Shown: in pieces, positions 26,121 to 38,475 of the stretch
Position numbering within the stretch: position 1 is the first letter of the stretch
How the letters are laid out: each line of letters starts with the position of its first letter
DNA from: Paraspadella gotoi
Lineage: Eukaryota > Animalia > Chaetognatha
DNA: 64,000 nt
Assembly (NCBI GenBank): GCA_051294375.1
Contig: CM119271.1
Location: 16,558,681 to 16,622,680 of the forward strand
Direction of reading: 5' to 3'
The notes under the pieces: model-generated
What the model was told of the DNA's origin: nothing
Seen by the model: only the letters and a program-made list of their open reading frames with translations
The model's database searches: none
Translations under genes and position numbers: made by a program

Positions 26121-27074
26121 GTTTTATTCAATTTTTATTAGATGTTTTCGTTTAGTGTTTGTATTGGAATATAAAAAAATCTTGCTCAATCTTGATAAAA
26201 CTTGTTAAAAAAGTTGTCTATATTGGTAAAAGTAATTATTTTTTCGTGAAAACAAAAATACTTTATTGATTTTAATATAGTGTAATTAAATTAAATTATA
26301 ATGTATTATGTGCATTCTCTGGCTCGTATCATAATCATCATCAGCATTTACATAAATTATTGTATTAGGAAAAAATCAATAATTTAAATCGAGAATATCT
26401 GCCCATTTAAAAAAACTTATGTAACAAATAAAATTTATATTTGATTCAAGCGATTCATTCGCAATAAAAGCAAACGTTGTTAAGCATGACAAGCATGGTA
26501 ATCATCATGGAGGCATGTTAACACAAACCGCATGCGTTTTAGAAAAAACTAAAAATTACTTTTGATGAAGTCATCTTGGAAATCTTACTGTTACAAATTC
26601 GAAATCTGTACCCCTAATTTCCAGAATGTAATTTATTTAAATTAAAAAATAGAAAACAACTTTTGTATTTATATACAAACAAGTGGGCCTTTTCAATCAT
26701 CGATGCCTCCTTGCCGTATGACGGAGCAGCGAATCTCTCTCGCTCTCTCTCTGGCTGGATGACTTAGTCAGGATCGGGATTGACAAAAACGACGACAATG
26801 TGTGTTTGTGTCCGCTGCTTCAGAAGCCACAGCAAGGGAGCTTCTTTGAAAAAAAGTGCCGGCCTCGCAGTCAATCACCAAATTAGGAAATAGGAACTAA
26901 ATCGACGTCTAAACAATTTTTTCTTTGACAAACGAATCGATGTCAGTTTTATTTTTTTCCCCCGTTTTTAGATAAAAAAAATTCCTCAAATGGCGGTTGT
27001 CCGTTCGTCATCGTCTCGTCGTCGTCGTCGTCGTCGTCGTCGTTTAAATTTTCCCACATTCCACTCGAAGTCGA

Positions 27075-27150
<76 letters not shown>

Positions 27151-27558
27151 CTCGTCTTATTTATTTGATTTTTGTCTCATCATCGTCTCGATCTTGGCCC
27201 GCATCTCCAAGGCAACGGAATCAACGGAATCAAAGCCCCCGTTGACCCCCGCATTGGACTCACTCCTCCTCTTTCTCCTCTTATTCCTCTTTCACCACCT
27301 CCTCCTCCTCATCCTCCTCCTCATCCATTGTCTTTAATTTCTTTCTATATAATTAAGCCTTCGTTTTGTACAGTTTAAGTTTAAAGCAAACGACTGACTT
27401 TCGGAGGAAGATAACACGAGTACAGACGGACAAACTGACGAAAGGATGGAAGGACGAACAGACAACTGCCAACCGGAAGAAATTCAAAGCGGAAATAAAA
27501 AAGCATCCCCAATATGACGCAATCGAACGATGCACAACAGAATTGCGTCATGTATTAA

Positions 27559-27646
<88 letters not shown>

Positions 27647-29553
27647 TCGAATATATATAAAGTTGTGAAGAACGGACTATCACAAATCACCATTCACAAT
27701 TTCTTGATGCTCGAGAGAATCCCCAACTGGAGATAATGAACTTTGTACGCAAACGAAAAATTAATATACACTCATGTGCAAACAAAACAGAGACAAAACA
27801 AAACAATTTTTAACTTTAAATTCCAGACGCTCTATAAAGACATTTTAAATTTTTTTTAAAAAATATAATGATTTTTTAAAACTTCTTTTTTTGTTTGGGA
27901 CTAATTCATTTTTTGGCTAAAAACAAAATTATACTTTCTGTTAAGTATAAAAGGTAGAAAGTATAAAATGTACGCATCGTATTTCAGAAATAATTAGTCA
28001 GGGGTTCAATTTTTGTGTCCCCTGGTACTTAATGAATAATAGTTTAATAAATTAATAACATTTCTATCCTCTTGAAAAAAGAAAAGAATTCCATTTAAAT
28101 ATCTTTTTTTTAATATATCTATTGATATATACCCTTTAAACAACAACAACAACATTAACAACATTAACTTCCGCATTAAAAAAAAAACACACAAAACTTA
28201 TTTCCAGGAAATTAATAAATGCAAAAATAAAACCAAAATATCATCGGGTAAAGTTTAATCATCAAAAATAAACAAACTCTGTCATTCGCTACAAATGTAA
28301 AGAATTAAAAAAAAGACAAGACCGCATAAACTACAGTCAACCTCTTCCTCCTCCTCCTCCTCCTCCTCCTCCTCCTCCTCATCCGCCTCCGCCCAGGCCT
28401 CCTCCCTTCTTTTCTTTCCTACGGGTTTCCTCAGTCTTGGGAAGTTGCGAGTCGAAAGGAAAAAGAAAAAACTCACCAACAGAAGAAAAAAGAAAAAAAC
28501 TTACTTCTTGGAGTAACTGACCTCCTGAAAAAAAGGAAAATAAAACCTCATCAAAAATCTGAACTTCTTTTTTCATTTACGAATTTTAGACTAACATTGT
28601 GATAAAAAAAAGTAAGTTTCTAGGATTTTACGAGTTATGAACGTTGGTTATGATTGATTCATAGTAATTAAAAATAAACTTAAACAGAAATTTATTTTTT
28701 TAACTGTGTTTTAAGTTACTGGATACAATTAGTTGAGATGGAACGAAAACCGCAGAAGCGCCGAATCCCGCCACTCGATTTACTGAATTGCTGTATCACA
28801 TTATCCCGCCATAATGAACGCAAATGAAATAGCGCGGATGCATACAGAAGATTCATTCATTCCTTATCTTAAACTAAGACTTGGAAAATATTATCAATCA
28901 ACTAATGTAACCCTTACAATAACGATGCCAACTTAAAGTGACAAGTTTTCATACTGTTTTCGAAATGTTTTGTTTTTTTAAACTGAAATTTTAAAAGTTT
29001 TAATAGCGTATTTCATTTTTCAACGTTTAAACGATTTTTTTAACGTAATCCCTAATATATATATATTCTCTTATCAAGGGGGGATTCCTTTTATACAATT
29101 AAAACAGTTTATAAAACTGTAGTAAAAGGGTTAGGGGCAAGGGTTAGAAATTAAGATTAACAATGAGAGTTAGGGATTAGATAAGGAACAGGGATTAGTG
29201 ATTAGACTAAGCATTTTCAAGAGATATTTGATATTAGATATTAAGGTTGAGATTGGGCGCTTTCGGAAAATAATGCCAATTTCTTGTCACTAAAATAACT
29301 GATCAATTGCGTCGAGAAGCACGAAATTCTTTTTAATTTCGTTTCTTTCCGCTAAAAACCCGCATGACTTTAATTTAGTTGTCGAGGGGGAAAAAAACAA
29401 AATATTTTTGCGCCTTTCATGTCAAAAGTCGAAACAATAGGGAAAAAGAACAACAGATTAAGTCGTTTTTGAATTCTTAATTTAAAGATAATTATAATTA
29501 ATTCACAAATCAAATATGACAACGTTCACAACGATATCGTTTCTTCTCTTTCA

Positions 29554-29567
29554 GTAACCATGGCAAC
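29554..29567. promoter_or_regulatory. RFX X-box motif overlapping the start codon of the AEK-rich gene
   Basis: GTAACCATGGCAAC matches the X-box consensus GTNRCC(N0-3)RGYAAC exactly. Confidence 0.45.
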
Positions 29568-32500
29568 GACGGAAGAGACGGCGACGGCATCAGGAGACGC
29601 AGCAAAGGCGTCGGAAGCGAGTCCCTCGGCGGCAGCCGAAGCCTCGACAGGAACCGCACCAGCCGCGTCGACGCCCGCTGCAGCGGCGACGTCAGAGTCC
29701 GAGGCTTCGAAGCAGAGCGAAGGAAAATCAGGTGAGGAAGGTAGGTTCGAAAAAGCTGCTGACAAAGGGGCTGAGGCGGAAACAGCTGCAAAAGAAACGG
29801 CAGCTGCAGAAAAATCGGCTGCTGAAAAGGCTGCAGCTGAAAAAGCAGCCAAAGAAAAAGAAGCGACAGAAAAAGCTTCTGTAGAAAAAGCTGCAGCTGA
29901 GAAAGCAGCCATAGAAGAAGCTGCAGCAGAGAAAGCAGCCAAAGAAAGAAAGCGCCTGAAAAAGCTGGAGCTGAGAAAGCAGCTAAAGAAAAAGCTGCTG
30001 CTGAAAAAGCCGCAGCTGAAAAAGCAGCAAAGAAAAGCTGTAGCTGGAAAGCAGCCAAAGAAAAGGAAGCGGCTGAAAAAGCTGGAGCTGAGAAAGAAGC
30101 TAAGAAAAAGCCGCAGCTGAAAAAGCAGCCAAAGAAAAAGCTGCAGCCGAGAAAGCAGCTAAAGAAAAAGAAAGCAGCAGAAAATGAGGCTGCAGAAAAA
30201 GCTGCAGCTGAGAAAGCAGCCAAAGAAAAAGAAGAAGTAGAAATAGCGGCTGCAGAAAAAGCTGCAGCAGAGAAAGCAGCTAAAGAAAAAGCTACTGCTA
30301 AAAAGCCGCAGCTGAAAAAGCAGCCAAAGAAAAAGCTGCAGCCGAGAAAGCAGCTAAAGAAAAAGAAGCAGCAGAAAATGCGGCTGCAGAAAAAGCTGCA
30401 GCTGAGAAAAGCAGCCAAGAAAAGAAGCAGCAGAAAAAGCGACTTCAGAAAAGGCGGCTGCAGAAAAAGCTGCAGCTGAGAAAGCAGCCAAAAAAAAGAA
30501 GCAGCAGAAAAAGCTGCAGCTGAGAAGCAGGGCCAAAGAAAAGGAAGCGGCTGAAAAAGCTGGAGCTGAGAAAGAAGCTAAAGAAAAAGCCGCAGCTGAA
30601 AAAGCAGCCAAAGAAAAAGCTGCAGCCGAGAAAGCAGCTAAAGAAAAAGAAGCAGCAGAAAATGAGGCTGCAGAAAAAGCTGCAGCTGAGAAAGCAGCCA
30701 AAGAAAAAGAAGAAGTAGAAATAGCGGCTGCAGAAAAAGCTGCAGCAGAGAAAGCAGCTAAAGAAAAAGCTACTGCTGAAAAAGCCGCAGCTGAAAAAGC
30801 AGCCAAAGAAAAAGCTGCAGCCGAGAAAGTAGCTAAAGAAAAAGAAGCAGCAGAAAATGCGGCTGCAGAAAAAGCTGCAGCTGAGAAAGCAGCCAAAGAA
30901 AAAGCAGCAGTAGAAAAAGCGGCTGCAGAAAAAGCTGCAGCTGAAAAAGCAGCCAAAGAAAAAGAAGCAGCAGAAAAAGCTGCAGTCTGAGAAAGCAGCC
31001 AAAGAAAAGGAAGCGGCGGAAAAAGCTGCAGGTGAGAAAGAAGCAAAGAAAAAAGCCGCAGCTGAAAAAGAAGCCAAAGAAAAAGCTGCAGCCGAGAAAG
31101 CAGCTAAAGAAAAGAAGCAGCAGAAAATGAGGCTGCAGAAAAAGCTGCAGCTGAGAAAGCAGCCAAAGAAAAAGAAGCAGTAGAAATAGCGGCTGCAGAA
31201 AAAGCTGCAGCAGAGAAAGCAGCTAAAGAAAAAGCTACTGCTGAAAAAGCCGCAGCTGAAAAAGCAGCCAAAGAAAAAGCTGCAGCCGAGAAAGTAGCTA
31301 AAGAAAAAGAAGCAGCAGAAAATGCGGCTGCAGAAAAAGCTGCAGCTGAGAAAGCAGCCAAAGAAAAAGCAGCAGTAGAAAAAGCGGCTGCAGAAAAACT
31401 GCAGCTGAAAAAGCAGCCAAAGAAAAAGAAGCAGCAGAAAAAGCGACTTCAGAAAAGGCGGCTGCAGAAAAAGCTGCAGCTGAGAAAGCAGCCAAAGAAA
31501 AAGAGGCAGCAGAAAAAGCTGCAGCTGAGAAAGCAGCCAAAGAAAAAGAAGCAGTAGAAAAAGCAGCAGCTGAAAAAGCAGCTAAAGAAAAAGCTGCAGC
31601 TGAAAAAGCCGCTGCTGAAAAAATTGCAGCTGAGAAAGCAGCCAAAGAAAAAGAAGCGGCAGAAAAAGCTGCAGCTGAGAAAGCAGCTAAAAAAAAAGCT
31701 GCAGCTGAAAAAGCTGCAGCTGAAAAAGCTGCGGCTGAAAAAGCTGCAGCTGAGAAAGCAGCAAAAGAAAAAAAAGCAGCAGAAAAAGCGGCTGCCGAGA
31801 AAGCTGCTGCTGAAAAATTTGCAGCAGAGAAAGCAGCCAGTGAAAAGGAAGTAGCAAAAAAAGCTGAGGCTGAGAAAGCAGCTCAAGAAAAAGCTGCTGC
31901 TGAAAGGGCCGCAGCTGAAAAAGCTGCAGCTGAAAAAGCTGCAGCTGAGAAGGCAGCAAAAGAAAAAAAAGCAGCAGAAAAAGCGGCTGCCGAGAAAGCT
32001 GCAGCTGAAAAATTTGCAGCGGAGAAAGCAGCCGAAGAAAAAGAAGTGGCAAAAAAAGCTGCAGCCGAAAAAGCAGCGAAAGAAAAAGCTGCGGCTGAAA
32101 AAGCTGCAGCCGAAAAAGCTGCAAATGAGAAAGAAGCCAAAGAAAAAGAAGTCAAAGAAAAAGCTGCAGCTGAAAAAGCAGCTAAAGAAAAAGAAGCATC
32201 AGAAAAAGCGGCTGCAGAAAAATCTGCCGCTGAGAAAGCAGCCAAAGAAAAAGAAGCAGCAGAAAAAGCGGCTACAGAAAAAGCTGCAGCTGAGAAAGCA
32301 GTCAAAGAAAAAGAAGCAGCAGAAAAAACTGAGGCTGAGAAAGCAGCTAAAGAAAAAGCTGCAGCTGAGAAAGTAGCCAATGAAAAGAAAGCGGCAGAAA
32401 GAGCTGCAGCTGAGAAAGCAGCTAAAAGAAAAGCTGCAGCTGAAAAAGCGGCTGCAGAAAATGCTGCATTTGAGAACTCAGTCAAAGAAAAAGAAGCAGC

Positions 32501-33080
32501 AGAAAAATTGGCTGCAGAAAAAACTGAAGCTGAAAGAGCCACAGCTGAAAAAGCTGTAGCTGAGAAAGCAGCTAAAGAAAAAAAAACAGCAGAAAATGCG
32601 GCTGCAAAAAAAGCTGCAACTGAAAAAACCGCAGTTGAAAAAGCTGAAGCTGAGAAAGCAGCTAAAGAAAAGGCAGCAGCAGAGAAAGCAGCGAAAGAAA
32701 AGGCAGCTGTATACAAGGGCGCAAATGATAAAATTAAGGTAGGGAAAACAACTGACAATTCATCTTCTAATAAAAAGGCTTCATTAGATAAACCTACAGA
32801 CGCTACACCGTCAATTTCGCCCAAAGAAGAAGCCAAAACAGAAGATGCCAAAGAGGCCAAAAAGGAGGAACCCAAAGAGGCCAAGAAGGAGGAAACTAAA
32901 GAAGTGAAGAAAGAAGAAACCAAAGAGGCTAAGAAGGAGGAAGTGAAAGAGGCCAAGAAGGAGGAAGCCAAAGAGGCCAAGAAGGAGGAAGCCAAAGTGG
33001 CCAAGAAGGAGGAAGCCAAAGTGGCCAAGGAGGAAGCTAAAGAAGCCAAGAAAGAAGAAAACGCCGCGGAGGATCCAAAG
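29560..33080 (+). CDS. Large coding exon of an Ala/Glu/Lys-rich low-complexity protein ((AEKAA/KEK)n helical repeat, then (EAKKEE)n); frameshifted in this assembly
   Basis: Acceptor ttcttctctttcag then ACCATGG start at 29560. Repeat units vary at synonymous positions (GCT/GCA/GCC/GCG, GAA/GAG), as expected for coding repeats. Single-base slips in 29940-31400, mostly in A-runs. Donor AAG|GTTGAA at 33080/33081 (phase 0). Confidence 0.75.
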
Positions 33081-33508
33081 GTTGAAATCGGGTTAATGTT
33101 TATTGAATTATATTTGAGTTTTTTTAGACTAAAAAATGTTTTATTTTTTTTTAATATAACTATTAATTTTTTTTAAAGCTTTAAAGCTTATAAATAATCT
33201 TATAACCATGTATATTATTGGGAAGCAAAGCATTTTGGGAATTTGAAAGTCTTGATTAAAAGTTTGAATGGTTATGAAGGATGAACCGACCTTAGTCTGT
33301 CCAAAGTCAGGGGTAATATAGACTATGAAATTGGTACAACCAATATAAAAATTATCCATTCATTTAATAAATAAGCTATCTTGCCCCTGACTATTGACTC
33401 TAGTATAGCTCATTTATTGGATGAAAGAATTATTTTTACACAGTTGTAATTTAATGCATATTAATCAATTAAATTTTGATATAACTTTAATATATCCTTG
33501 CTTTTCAG

Positions 33509-33928
33509 AAAACGCCGGAAGCCAGTGCAGATACCCCGGCAGACGCCTCAGACGCCGTAGAGCCCGCCGCTGAGCCCGCCGCTGAGCCCGCCGCTGAGCC
33601 CGCCGCCGCCGACAAATCCCATAAAAAGTCGAACTTTCTCGGGCGCCTCAAATTCTGGCAGAAAAAGGATAAGAGCGAAAAGGAAAAATCGGTAAAAACG
33701 AAAAGCAAGAAGGAAAAGAAGAAGGCAGCTGCCGACGCGGCTGCCGACGCGGCGCCGGAGGAAGAGACCGCTCAGCCGAACGGCGCCGCCGTGGCCGTGG
33801 ATAACGGCGCAAAGGACTCGAAGGAAGGCGCCGAGGACGAAGTCAAAACGGAAGGTGGCGCTGCGAACGAGAAAACCGACGGGGAAGCGAAAGGAATTTT
33901 GAAAAATGTGGAAGACGTCGCTGCTTGA
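33509..33928 (+). CDS. Terminal exon of the AEK-rich gene (KTPEASADTPADASDAVE(PAAE)n..KKSNFLGRLKFWQKK..KGILKNVEDVAA*)
   Basis: Acceptor ccttgcttttcag|AAA at 33508/33509; 420-nt open GC-rich frame ending TGA 33926-33928; AT-rich 3' region follows. Absent from the ORF track because it lacks a start codon. Confidence 0.85.
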   Translation, partial: KTPEASADTPADASDAVEPAAEPAAEPAAEPAAADKSHKKSNFLGRLKFWQKKDKSEKEKSVKTKSKKEKKKAAADAAADAAPEEETAQPNGAAVAVDNGAKDSKEGAEDEVKTEGGAANEKTDGEAKGILKNVEDVAA

Positions 33929-36900
33929 AGAGAGAGTATTTGTAATTTATGTAAAAATTATTGTAATTATTTATTTTATCATTTTTTAAAATATTTTTTC
34001 TCTAAGCTAATTAAAAAAAAATCATTAGAAAAATCATCGATTTTCCGGACAAATATTATAATTTAAAACATATATTATATAGTTCACACTATTAATTTTT
34101 TTCATCAGTATTAAAGAAAATCTTTTAAACTTAGGTCGTTTTATTCTTGTTCGGATTTTTTAGGAAAAAACTTTATGATCTTTTTTAAACATTTATTTTT
34201 CACAAATTTATTTCAGAAATAAACGGAATCCCGACCAGTAATCCCAGGGACGAGAGGAAAGGACGAACCTTCGCTTATCTTCAATAGTAGTTAACTAATT
34301 TAATAATTAATTAAAGTATAAAAATTAAATTTACTTAATAAATATCTTCATTTTTTTCGTCTTTTCTCTCTCTCGTAACTCGGAGGTTCTCGACTTAATT
34401 TTCCGCGCTCGAATCTGATACTCTCCATGTTGTAATGACGGATACTGTAATAATGCCGCGTTCCACTGTAACGAGTAAATACTTTACGCCACAACCTGAT
34501 TTCACGTTTTTATCTACTTTCATAATGATTTTTATATATTTCTCCAGTATTGTAGAAAAGGCCTTTTCAAACCAACTTATTTTAGTAACTAATTTACTTT
34601 AAATCATTCTATTATTGAAAAACAAACGTACGTTTAACTTAAAACTTAAAAACCCGGTGTGAGTAGACCAAATTAGATTTAAAGTATTCAAATTGTCCCT
34701 TTTTTTTTTCTCGTTCATTAACGTTGATAACCCCCACTCGTTTCTGTACACTTTGTTTAATGTAAATATACCTGGTGAACTGATTATTAAATTCTTTACG
34801 TCTCATGAAAACAAAACTACACAGTTTCTTTGTAAGAATTTTTTAAAAAAGTAATTCACCGTAAACAAGCAGCTCAAGTTTGAGCGAAATAAGGTTTAAT
34901 CTAGAAAATCCTCCGCTAGGATTCGAAAAAGCGATGATAAGGAAAACAAAAGGGAAGCGATTTTAGATTTTTAGAAAAGAGATTATTATTAATATTATTA
35001 TATTATATTATATTATTATATTTTATTATATTATTAATATTATATTATTAATATTATATTATTAATATTAAAATTGTTTTGAGGCGACGGTCAAAAATCT
35101 GAATCTCCCTTTGTCGGTCTGTCGGTCTATCGGTCTTTATTTCCTCTGTCTAAATCGAGAAAAGAATCTACGAAAAAATAATCAAGTATGAAATGTACAT
35201 ATAAAGATGCATAGTTTATGTATTTGAGATTTATATCTCAAATACATTATATGATTATGAGCGAAATTCGAGAGCAAATAAAAATGAAGATTTAGGTTAC
35301 AATAAATGAAAAATTGTTTCTAATTAATGTTAAATTTTTTAACCATAATGTTTAATAATCTGAAATAGTAAAGAAGGGAATTATACAAAGTTTTACAAAC
35401 ACATTTTTTCCAATCCGTTAATTTAGATCCCGGCTCTATAATTCACTTTGTCGGTCCGTCGGTCCGCCCCCCAATATTGTCGGGCACTAACTTATATCAT
35501 GTCAGAACATCGAATTATGATAAATTATGCAAAAAAAAGAAGTCCGTCCGTCTGTCCGTCCGTCCGTACGTCCGTACGTCCATCCGTCCGTCCGTCCGGC
35601 CCACCTTAGAAAAAACACCAATTACTCGTGATTGGATGGTATTGTAAATCGCTTAGCGATTTCTTACCCCCCGAACAAATTGACAAATTTTGGGCCTGCT
35701 CCCTTTTTTTTTTTTTTTCAATTTTTTTTTTTTTTTTTTTTCCCGTCTTTGTAACTTTTGTTACCTACAACGAGGAGTTTGTCTCTTACTTTTTCTACTA
35801 TGAGCATTTTCCTTTTACTTTCTATAGAAATTTGCTCTTATGTCTGCACCCACTAGATCTTCACTTGCATCGCTTTACACAAAATAGCAATTTTTTTTTG
35901 CCTGTTTGGTCTTAATAAAACAGATGCTCACAACAAAAGAGCATATTTCTGAAACAAAAGAACGTCCATTAAAATCTTCTTAGTATTTTCACCCTATTTA
36001 CTAGAGGGCTTTACAAAGCAGGAGGTCTTTTGTAAGACAAAGGAACATTCATGCCCTTCCTGTCTGCACCCCACTAGATCTTCACTTGCACCTGCTTTCA
36101 ACAAAATAGAATTAGAAAATAGAAATAGAAAAAAAAAGGAAATAATATTGCTTGTGCCTCTGTAGTTTCGATCACGTTGGCTGACTTAGTCTTATTTAAA
36201 TAACGTTCAGTTTTTGGAACAGGTTGGCGAGTCTTATTTATCACAAACCAATTGGCGACGAGGACGGAGATAAAATGTTTGTTTCATAAAAAGGGAGGTG
36301 TGAAATTATTCTTTAATTTCGAGATTAAATATTACAAAACCGTGAATATAAAATCAATTAAAATAAACCCCAACGCGAGTTAAAACGTGAACGTTCTAGA
36401 GCACGACTTTCTCTCTCTAAAACATGCCTAAAGGTTAAAAATAAGACGGATACCAATTGTCCCCCTTTTTCCCCTTTCTTCGGCGACTGAATCAGTTGTA
36501 AAACTTTTCCCTATTATTTGGGCCGTCTCGATCGCGATGTCGTCCGCGGTGACTCCGCGGACGTTGACTTTCATTCCGCGCGACACGCACGCATCGGCCG
36601 CCACGAGCGTCAAAACAAATATAATATAATATAATATATATATAGTATATATAATATATTATTAATTAATTAATTAATAGAAAAAATAATAAGTATATCA
36701 TTTCATGTAAAATTAAATTAAATAATTAATAGAAAATAGAAATAGAAAAAAAGAATAATTAATTAATTAAATTAATTAATTAATTAATAATTAATTAATT
36801 TATTGATGTTTTTTAAAACCACTAAGCAGTTTAAATATGGGTGGGTGATGTCACGTGATTTACTTACCTTATGTGGCACAATAAGTAAAAATTTTTTTAT

Positions 36901-37689
36901 TAATCATTTTCTTTTAGTCGCGGTCACTCGATTTCCTATTTTTCTGGCACTTAGCAAATCTTTTTTTTATGGGAGTGCCCCGTTTTAAAAGCCGTATTTA
37001 TTTTTTATTTCAATGTTTATTCATGTTTTATTTGCCTATTTATTTCGTACTTCTGACTATGTCGGCCTTGACGCATAGGAGCGCCTTTGTGGACGGAGTT
37101 CCTCTTGCTTTGCTCGGCTTGACGTCCGTCTCGGTCGCAAAGTATCGGGTGGAAGGGTGTTTTTTCATGGCTGGCGGCACACTGCCTCATTTTTCAAAAG
37201 ACCTCCAGCGTTTAACGCCCTGCCTCCTTCCTCGTCCGCCTATCTCCTACACACTGCCTGATTATAAAATCGCGACAAATCCCACCACCCCCGATTTAGT
37301 GTCACCAATTTAATGATTAGTCTAGCTCGAAAAAATATTCTAATTGTTTTTACTTTTGCTTTAATAATAATGACATCAAACGTTTATATAATTATTAAAC
37401 ATTGATATAATTTAAACATCATATTTTTAAGAATTTTTCTTGTTTTGCGTTAAATATTTATATTTACTAATATATTTAAGAATATGTTCCTAAACTACAT
37501 ATGGCAAACACATTTTGTCCTTTTTGCTTGTCAGGGGTTGGTTTCCTCATTTTCTCATTGCATAATAAAAGAAGGGAATAATAAAGGGAAAAGAGCGCGT
37601 TGTTTTTATTTAACTACTTTGCGGTTATTATACGTATTTTTATCTCTCTCTCTTTTTCTTTCTTTCTTCTCTCTCACTCTCTCTTCTCT

Positions 37690-37724
<35 letters not shown>

Positions 37725-38428
37725 TAGCTGCTCTCTCTCTTCTCTGTAGAGAACTTGGCTCTCCCGCGTCACAGGTAGGAATGTTCGTCGTGAGAGAGGC
37801 TCAACTGCATTGACAAACTCCCGAACGATTCTCTTCAAAAGCAAACCAAATAATAAAAATCTTAAAAGAATAGGATCGAGCCTGCCTTCATTGGCATAAC
37901 CAAATACTTGAAGTGGAAATTCAAACAAAAAATACTTAAATCCAAATGTAATATGAAAATATCAAGCTATTTCAAGATGAAAGCCATATCTAAATTTTTA
38001 ACTTACATGATCGGATCACACTTTTGTAAAACTGATATAATTCGCGCGAGGATCTTCATTGGCACGATCACATCGAAACGGGACCAATGAGAAGACAGGC
38101 TTCTTGCCATCGGGAAAGACCCGTGTCGATGATCCAATTGTACTTATAAATACTGGACTTTTTGTATAGATATCTGTCCAAATTCTACACCGTTCTTCCT
38201 TGTTGACTTTCAGAATAAAATCCACTTTTGGTTTCATGTTAGAAATCTCTGTTACTTACTTAAATGAGAGAGACAGGGCGCGAGAAACCGGGTTAAAAGA
38301 GAGAGAGGGCGAACGAAGTCGTACGTCAACTTGGTCCGGTCATCGTGTCAGTTCCTCGACCTCTGGTTGTCGTAGTCTTTGTCGTCGCCCTCCGTCGGTC
38401 TCGTGCCCTTTTTCTCTTCACACACACA

Positions 38429-38475
<47 letters not shown>

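Noticed and set aside
29510-33049. Minus-strand (AAFS)n ORFs
   Set aside because: Antisense shadow of the plus-strand AEK repeat; the start, splice sites and terminal exon are all on +.
36160-36270. TGGCGACGAG PBS-like motif suggesting another LTR element
   Set aside because: No second LTR copy or gag/pol remnant to support it.
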